From assembly GCF_009914755.1 (NCBI RefSeq), contig NC_060935.1: 64,000 nt of DNA, one strand, 5' to 3'. The position numbers were made by a program, and so were the translations under genes. The DNA comes from the human T2T-CHM13v2.0 reference genome, Homo sapiens. Below, one piece after another: positions 54,811 through 64,000 of this stretch. Position 1 is the first letter of the stretch; the number at the start of each line of letters is the position of its first letter. The notes beneath the pieces were generated by a model. The model saw only the letters and a program-made list of their open reading frames with translations, did no database searches and was not told the origin of the DNA.

Positions 54811-57129
54811 TGATAACAGTAGAATTGATGGCAACATAAATATATGTGTTGCTATAGCACAATTTCAATTAATTTTAAAATTTAATACATGATGATAATT
54901 TTGATTGTTATTTTTATAAGACCTGTGTTTGTTATTATCCCTCTTCTGCCTCCCCTGCCTAATAGCTCAACAGAAATGTAGCCCAAAATTCCCTCATTCA
55001 TGGCATGGTTCACCCCATTAAATTTTAGTCTCTTACCTGCCACCCAAATATCAAACCTAGAGTACTTGGGTACATCATGTCTAGATCAGGGTAAAGTTAC
55101 TGTTTTGGAGTTGTTTTTCTTGGTTATTGTTATTTTTTGTGTATAACAATGCTAATCAATTGGCACTACCTTTTCCCGAACACCATGTACACCCAGCTTC
55201 AGCAGGAGAGAGCTTTTTTTTAAATAAGTAATGTCTGCCATGTACACAGAAAAATTGCAATGAATATATTTTATTAACATGATGGAAGCCTTCCCTTTGA
55301 AAATAAGGAAGGTAAGAAGACGTTAGAAGATGTTACAGATGTTGCTTGGTATACTCAAGGACACAGAAACAAGATTTTGGAGCATGCATTAGCCTAACTT
55401 ACATAGCTGCTGGTCTCTGTAGATGGACCTAAGGACAGTGAAGCCTCTCCCAGGGACAAATCCCTAAGGTGCTTTGTGGCCAGCACATGTGGCCCAGGTA
55501 GTATAGCCCTGTGGTACCTGTGCCACATGTGCCACCCTATTGCTTTGTAGCACAGGGCTATGCTATCCGTGCCACCCTATTGCTCTGTCCTAGCCCTTCA
55601 TCTATATCTGCTTCCACAGAGGTGAGCTCTCATGTCCTTTGAGTTCATTTGCCACCTCACAGAGGTGAGGAAGTGGAGCATGAGTGAAAGCAGCCTTCTT
55701 TGCCAAGCAGTCAGGTTGCAAAGTGAAAGGAGAACAAGCCATGAGGTTAATTTTGTCTGGTCTTAAGTACAAATTATTTTAGTTTTGGGGGAAGTAAAAT
55801 GAAGCAATTCAGAAAGAAGAAAGAATTCCGGAAAGAAATTCTATTCTTACCAACCCAGCAGGGATGTACATTTCAATTGCTGAGAGGAAACAATATTAGA
55901 TGTAATACTAGAGGCTCATTGGAAGCGGAAACAGGAGCCCTAATTTGAAGCGGGAGCCATTCATAAAATGACTCACAAACTTGCTCACAAGAATTAAACC
56001 AAGTTTATGAAGAGTAATTCTTGTTTGCATTTTTTTTTCATTTCCAGCAAGTAATGAATAGCAATGTGGCCCATACTCAAGGTTACATCATTCTTTTTCT
56101 GATTTTCAAACATGATTATTGTTAGAGCAGGGGACTGACAGACACATATGTTGAGTAGCCAAGGACTGACTGAAAACAGAAGGGGAAATATTAGAAAACC
56201 CTGACTCCCAGTCACACACTGGATTAATAAGAGAGCAGTTAATGGTGTTTCATACTTTAGGTAAATCTGAGGGCCAGATTCCTCCCAGGAAGGACATTAG
56301 GCAGCAGTTGAGCCAGTGACAAGCCTTTCATAAGCCAGCATGGCTGCCTCAAGGGATCAGCATGATGAAAGCAGGAGATTAACAGAAATCATGTTTTTCA
56401 CTGTGGGGCTTTTACACATTTCCTGCCGGACAGCTCTAGAGTCAGACGGCACCCTTTACCAGATTAATTGATCAGATTAGTACCAACGCCATGCTTTGTT
56501 TTGTGTCCTTCTCCACATTCATGTATCTCACCTCTATCTGGGACAGAAACAGCTTTGCAGGCAGTGGATGCCAGCAGAGCTTCCGCAACTCAAAACCAAA
56601 AGAGTAATATCTTCTGACTCATTTCTCAAGACTCCTGACTCTTACCCACTTTGTATCACATTATGGGGTAAGCAAGCTGCTTTGGATCACAGAGTTGCTA
56701 TGCATTCCAAACTTCCTCCCCAAGAGGGAAAACACAATGTAGTGTGAAGTCATGGGTCTGAATGAATTTCGATTCTCCACACAGATTGCTGTTGTCTTGC
56801 CTTACTACCAAGGGGAATGAGCCTATGTCACTTGTTTCTTAAAGCTTCCCTATTGCAGTTGGGACTTTACTTTCAGAGAGAGAATTGTACATTTAGTTCC
56901 CTGGGAAATCTAATTCCAGTGTCAAGCCTTTCTCAGCTGAAAGATGGGTCAGATGTTAAGTCTATCCCTCAGAGTGGGGGGACTTAACCTCTCTTATTGG
57001 TTTCAAGTTCTTGTTCCTCCTCTGTCATTCTCCATCTTCCTCTCCAAAGACATATTTTCCAAGGGTCTTAGGGGGAAAAGTGGGTACATCATCATTTTGT
57101 AGGGCAATAAAGTTGGGAAAATCATTTTA

Positions 57130-57380
57130 AAAACCAGTTAACATTTATATACCACAGTTCCTGTGTGCCTTTCTAAGCAATTTATTTATAATAACTCATT
57201 CAATCATTATACAAACAATGCGGAGATCAATATTATTTCTATCTTCATTTTATAGGTAAGGAAACTGAGGCATAGAGAAGATAAGAAATTTGCCTAAATT
57301 CACAAAGTATTAAATATATTGTATAGCTAGTGTTCTAATTGAGGTAGTATGACTCCAGGGCATAATTAAGTAGCTTTTAC
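57130..57380 (-). mobile_element. MIR
   Basis: cattttataggtaaggaaactgaggcatagagaagataagaaatttgccta. Confidence 0.75.
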
Positions 57381-58188
57381 ACAAAGACCTACTTGCTATG
57401 TTAGCATGTTTCTTGATGTATTAAATTAGTGCTATTAAACAGTTTTGTGATAATGAATATCCTTAGCTAATGGAAGGTGCCAGATAGCAAACTAATAGGA
57501 ACTGCATGAAGGGATGCATCATAGAGAGAGACATATAAAGACTCTTCTCTGAATCACTTAAGAACTGTCTATAGCTGTTCCACATTTAAGTAGAAAAGAA
57601 AGATGCATCTATTTTTGTATAGTTTCAAAAATATAAACAAGGTGGGTATTGACTATTATGGAATCAATAGGCTAAGTATGCAAAGAATACTAACAGAAAA
57701 CAAGAGCAAAATAGAAAGCAGGTAGATGATGTTCTAAGAAGAACCTAGGACTTAAGAAAACTTCTTAAGCTCATTTTCAGTGTTCTTTTACTTTTAGCTC
57801 TTCTAAAAACCTAATACGCAGGCAATGGCTATCAGGCTGACTAGAATATGAACTTGTGCATTCATGTATGTATTTTTTTCCTTTACTCAGAACATGCCTA
57901 CTACATGTGCCATTTCAGAAAACTTTTTTCAATCATTCTAGGACTTACTTTCTTCATTTTCAAATGGAGATACTAAAAGTAAATATCTGATAAGCTTTTT
58001 GTGAAATTTAATTGAGATGTAGCATGTAAGTCATAAGCACAGCTTGGCCCATAGTATTGTTCAGTTACTACTTATTTAAAACCATGGTTTTACTACGGAT
58101 TGGAAAAAGAATAGGAAAAGCAAGCAGCTAATATTAGTTGAGCCCTAACCATGTACAGGGCCACTGCAGCTGGAAAACAAGATAGTTG

Positions 58189-58263
58189 CAGTATGCAGAG
58201 ATCACATAAGCAGAAATAAACAGGCATGCTATCTATTTCTGCTTACATGATCTCTGCATACTG
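58189..58263 (-). other. 75-nt near-perfect palindrome/hairpin
   Basis: Arms 58189-58218 and 58234-58263 are complementary at 28/30; the minus-strand RNA could pair 35 bp including 4 G-U. Confidence 0.9.
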
Positions 58264-60539
58264 TCTTCCTTTTTCATCCTATCCATTCTTCCGCCATTGA
58301 TTTTTATGCCTTTGGAGTGGGGCAGTTTGGTCATAGGCCAGTTTGTGTCACTACCTTCCTATATATCACTTTCTCCCCTGGCTCATTTCACACTTGGTGT
58401 ATTTTCAAAGGTCTGACTTTTCTTTCAGACTGTCTCTCATGATCCAGAGCCTCATTCAGTTCAATCCAATTTAATTCAGTTCAGTTTGGTTAAAAGAAAA
58501 ACAAATCATGTGTTTTCTACAACATGATATGGAGATGATTAAGGCAAAAATCCTGCCTCAACTTTTTTACAACCTTTCCTTGTTCTGTCTCGGGTCATGC
58601 AGTTGATAATCTCCCTTTATAATTGGAATTTTAGCTCAGTCTTTATCATGCCACCTTCTTATTTTTAACATGCCTAAGCAAGTCAGAAATCTGAAGACAG
58701 TTAGCTGACCCTAAAGGTGCAAGAATAGCTGTCTCTGAGACATCATTCATTATGTGCAAACTGCACAAGCGCTTTTTCAAAAGAATGGTTAATCTTCCAC
58801 TGCATCAAGAATTTAATAAAACTCTGTGAATCGGGTATTTTTCAAGGCAATAATGAATATAACATTAACTGGCCTTGCTTCTTAAGAGCAGAGTACATTT
58901 TAGTTTCCTTTTTCTAGTGTCTATCTATATGAAGCTAACTCAAAAACCTCCAGCATGACCAATGTATTCTTTTATCCTCTAAATTTCCACCCTCTCGTTA
59001 ACAACATCATTACTCCAACTTCATTTAGCAGTGTAAACACTTCCCTTTGTTTGCATTAGGATATACCAACCCAAATACCACAGCCATAAAAGAGAATTGA
59101 GTCTAATAAAGCAGATAGGTATACATTCTGCCCAGTTGCCATTGTTTTCCAGTGAAGTAACATGTTTATTTGAGTCTAATGCAATACCCTGACCATGCAA
59201 GGTAAAGTGCAGACTTTAAAAAAGCCCATTAGGCTAAGACTCCATTATGTCCAGAACTGATTTGACAATGAACACAACAGACAGATCAGAAAGAAGGGAA
59301 ACTGAGATGCCGGAAATGAAACCCAACTATTTGATAGTATGGCCATATTTTGTTTCTTGTGCTGTAATAAGATATTATGGAAAATTACTAAGCTTCCCAT
59401 GACCCTGATGTTAAAAAATCATTTTAAATCTTGTGAGTCCCTCATGTGCTGCCTCCAGTACAGAAACAGCTTCTTTGTCCTTATAGAGTGATTTGTCAAT
59501 TTTAATATATTTTCAAAAAAACGAACTATGGACTTTCTGTGTCTTCTTTATTGTGCATTTATTTTCTATTTTGTTAATTTATGCTGTTACGTTATTTCCT
59601 TGATTTAATTTTTTGGGGCTTAATTTCCAGTTTTTCTAAGTTATCGAGCTCTTTGCCTAGATAATTGATTTTCAGCCTTTTAAATTAATAGTACATAGTT
59701 TCCTCTAAGCATAGCTATAGCTGACTGGTGACTCCCCCAAAAAACAGTAATAATGGAAATTAAAATGGAAATAAATAATGGAAAATAATAATAATAAATG
59801 GAAATAATGCTGCCAGAGCAGCAGTGTCTGATGAAAGATACCTCGACCTAAACTTTATGGTTTAGAAAGCAGCCAACTGCCATGATTCTTTTAGTGTTGA
59901 AGAATGGGGGTAGGGGGTGCTTATCAGTACATTCCTGTCTGTACTGACATTTTTGACTTCTTACCCTGATTATAGGGAGAAGACCACTGTTTAAGCAATG
60001 CTCATACTTTCTGTCCTTTACCACCTCTTGTTCCTAGGATTAGGTATAAGGAGGACTTTGTTCCCCTCAGTAAGAGCTGAACTATGTTTGTAAGGTCCTA
60101 GGTGTACTTTCTATTTGGATTCTTCAGCCACTCTTAGCTCCCACTCATTTTAATGCAAAGTCTCTTACTTTTCCAAATTGCAATCCTACCCATTTAACCC
60201 TTAAGCATCATATTTTTATCATGAATGAATCTTCCATTGCTTCAAAGAGTGCAGAACTATATACATGGCTATAGTATACATCTACAATACACAAGTTACA
60301 GTAGGATATATATTTTAGAAACCAATACCAATAAGAAAACACAAAATCTGTCCTTCTACATCTTCAAACTATACCACCATGAAATGCAACTACTACATTT
60401 CCTGGCCATAATGCTTACACTCTTTTCTTTGACCAAAACAAAATGAAATGAAAACCTATGAAGAGGAAAATAGTTTTACTTGCAATGTCTCCAGAAGACC
60501 CAGATACTCAGAGGAAATGTTTTTAGCCAACAGGAGTTC

Positions 60540-61038
60540 CATGTACCCAGTTTACCTCTCAACAGATCCAGTATTATTCAAGTAATAAGCTGAAATTATT
60601 GATATTTGCAAAGTTAGGAGCAACTGCAACTTCTGGGCAATGAAAATGTAGAAGGACATTTTTAGAGTTTATCTGGGAAATACTTTCTTTTCCAAGAAAT
60701 TATAGTTTTTTTGGAAAACAAAAATCTTTTTTTAACTTTTTCTAACTTTCTAGCCCAGGTTCCTCCTTTTTCCTCAATTCCTGCCTTTGTCCTGGAGCTG
60801 GGGCAGCCATCTTCTGACTGTGGTGCAGTGAGTTAAGAGTGAAAAGTCAACCCACAAAGAATGACAGAGAAAATGTAGAAGTGAGCCTTGATGAAACTGT
60901 TGAACAGCTGAGTCAATGCCAGCAGCCGCCTACCTCCAGTGTTCTTATTATGTGAAATCAATAAACCCCCAGTTGTTTAAGCTGTCATTAGTAGGATATT
61001 CCATTATTTTTGGCTAAAATGGATTTCTAACAGATAAA
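60540..61038 (+). mobile_element. MLT1J-like LTR
   Basis: ctggagctggggcagccatctt...ccttgatga...cctacctccag...aataaaccc...tgtttaagc. Confidence 0.75.
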
Positions 61039-62242
61039 CAACTTTACCACCATCCACACTAACTAGAACTTTACTTATTTCCTGAGTCCCAAAGCCTTCG
61101 AACCTACCCTCTGACTAAACTGGCAAACTATTTTATACACAAAGTATTCATGGTTAATGGTGATTTAATGAGTTACATTATGCCAGGAGGCTTTTATGTT
61201 TTAAAAGTTGGCTTCAGATGCTTAAATTAAAAAGTATGATAATAAGGGAATAGCTGAACTAATAGGAAGATGTTTTGGGACCAAAAAGTAAACTCCTTTA
61301 CTTCTCAAAACACACCTTTGCTGATTTGATCTGTTTGAAGTCAGCTTAGATAAGAGGAAGTTGACTGTGGAATTTATGAAATTGAACCTCACTACAATAT
61401 GGTCAACAGGTAGAGTCATGTATCAAAAATGACCAAAGACTAAAGGAAAAGTGATTGTGAAATTTCCTCAGCTGTTGGTAAATTTCTCTGAATTATTATT
61501 AACAAAAGACAATCTCCATGCTCAACAACCAGTAGAGATTGAAGAAGGCAACTCTTTATTCTTTCAAGAGAAGAGGAAAATTCAGATAATCAGTTTCTAA
61601 GAATTTTCCATGGGCATCTCAAACTCAGTGTTTTCAAAACAGAATTTAAAGTTATTTTACTGAAATAGTTTTATCTTCATCTTCTCTGATAGGCTCCCTG
61701 CTGCTTGTGATCATTTCACCCCATTCCCATTTAATTATATTATCAAATCTAGTGAATTTTTCCTCTTAAATTAATTGCTTGGAATTTATCATCTCTTTTC
61801 ACTCTAATTGTTCTACTTAAGGCCATTTTATTTCTTGTATGACCATTTGCAAAAGCCCCCATCGTTAGTTGCCTTAGAGCTCACTGTCTTTCATCCTGTA
61901 TTCATAGTATTATCTCTAAAATTCAAAGCCAGTTATGTTACTCCCATGAAAAAAATTCTTCTATAGTTCCCCAGATGTCCCTTACAATCTAGACTTCATT
62001 TGCTTCTCTGATGATGTTTCCTATCATTTCCTTTATATACCACATGCCCCAGCCATACCCAAATCCTGGTAGTTATTCATCCATGCCACACTGTTTTATG
62101 CTTTGTATCACTTAAAATATATTATTTTGCTGGGAACCTCTTTCTTTCACTTCTAATTCCCTTTCAGCTTACAAGATGATGACCTGAAATCATGGAACAA
62201 TGGGAGAGTGGCATAATTGAAGACTGCTCAGATGTTATTTCA

Positions 62243-62559
62243 TTTTTTCTTTCTTTTTTTTTTTTTTTTGAGACAGAGTCTCGCTCTGTCACCAGGCTGC
62301 AGTGCCATTGGAGTGCAATAGCATGATCTCAGCTCACTGCAATCTCTGCCTTCCAAGTCAAGCGATTCCTCTGCCTCAGCCTCCCGAGTAGCTGGGACTG
62401 CAGGCACAAACCACCACGCCCAAATAACTGTTTTGTATTTCAGTAGAGATGGGGTTTCACCATGTTGGCCAGGCTGGTCTCGATCTCCTGACCTCGTGAT
62501 CCACCCCCGTTGGCCTCCCAAAATGCTGGGATTACAGGCGTGAGCCACTGCGCCCATCC
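62243..62559 (-). mobile_element. AluS (Sc-like)
   Basis: ctctgtcaccaggctg, tctcgatctcctgacctcgtgatcc; TSD core atgttatttc at 62232-62241 and 62563-62572. Confidence 0.93.
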
Positions 62560-62988
62560 CATATGTTATTTCTTTAGACATGCCTTCCTTTTACTCACAG
62601 TTTAAGAGGGTCTTATACTACCTGATATTTGTTGACATCAATAGTCTACTATAGTATAAAATAATATAATTATGTATCCCTTTCCCATTAGACAAGTGGT
62701 TCTCAAGCCTAGCTTTACAATCTAGGGAGTTTTTAGAAAATGCTGATCCTTGCTCTCTATTTTCGACCACTTGCTATGTTTTGTTATAGAACAAATGTCA
62801 GATATTTGGAGAGCCCATTCTTTTACTTCCTGTTTTTTTCAGCATGCATAGGGTGCTGTTAGTTGGCAATCTGACTCAACTAGTCTATGTACAGTTCTCA
62901 ATTCATTTTGCCAAGTATGAATTCAGAGTCAACTTTTAATATCTGTAGCTGCCTTCTCCAAGCTTGGAACCTCTGTGGAGTTCTGTCT

Positions 62989-63294
<306 letters not shown>

Positions 63295-63601
63295 CTTCCA
63301 CCTCTATAATGCTTGTGTGCTGTTGAACTGCAACTTTCTCCATTCTGGTTCATTTTTCAATGAAATACAAATTGCTTTTAGCCTCACAGAAATTATTCAA
63401 ATTCTCCTGCCTTGTGTTAGCTTACCCCTTCCTCTTATTGTTGGAGCTTCTATGTATTTCTTCTCTTCCGAGTATTTTAACTGTGGTTCCAATGGGATGT
63501 GGGAGGGAAGGAAGGAAGCATATTTACAGAGGCTGTGATTTTGTCTTCAATGGCAACTTTAGGTACCTTATTTTAACATTTTGTAGTACTAGAATTAGTC
63601 A

Positions 63602-64000
63602 CTATATCCGTTAGGCATGGGTTAAGCTGCAAGTAATAAAAAGTATTAGTTGATGGGTGAAATAAAGGTATAATTTTGAATATAGGAAATTTGAAAATAA
63701 GTAATCCTAGATGTCACACATTTCCCCTTGTGTCATAAAAGGCCTATCCTCAAGACATCTAATTTTATAAGATGCATTTACCCCTCCAAGAATCACATCT
63801 ATATTCTGGGCTGGAAGGAAAAGAAAAACAGAATAAAGGACACACAGCTATATCTCTGTCCCTTTTATTAGAAAAGTGATAGTTTGCCTGGAAGCCCCTT
63901 CATCATATTTACTATTGCATGTACCTCAGCATAAAGGGATACTGTAAAATTGACTATTGGACTTTCCAGCCTCTGAGTACAGAAAAGCAAAGGAGAAGGT
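63602..64000 (-). mobile_element. MLT1 (K/L-like) LTR fragment
   Basis: gttagg...agctgcaagtaa...atcctcaag...atcacatct...tctgtcccttttatt. Confidence 0.5.

Overview
AT-rich, repeat-dense primate DNA, most likely human because two L1s carry the ACG pre-Ta-type 3'UTR signature. I cannot support any host protein-coding exon, RNA gene, CpG island or CRISPR array, so this looks like intergenic or deep intronic sequence. The only real coding sequence is L1 ORF1/ORF2 fragments; the other ORF-track entries are Alu/L1/microsatellite translations or chance ORFs. The most informative structures are: (1) a 5'-inverted pre-Ta L1 whose 17-bp target-site duplication encloses a 781-bp 3' transduction (Tigger2a + MIR + MLT1A-like LTR), ending at the LTR's own poly(A) signal (13158-14699); (2) a second ACG-type 5'-inverted L1 about 10 kb away, missing about 2 kb of ORF2 and carrying a 34-bp putative transduction (24844-27302); (3) a ~580-bp, ~95% identical inverted copy of a neighbouring L1MA segment inserted inside a THE1 LTR (18170-19727); (4) several template-switch-like palindromes, including a 75-nt hairpin that pairs fully on the minus strand (58189-58263). 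These are instances of known mechanisms rather than a new system. Old-repeat subfamily names come from recalled consensus sequences and their boundaries are approximate.
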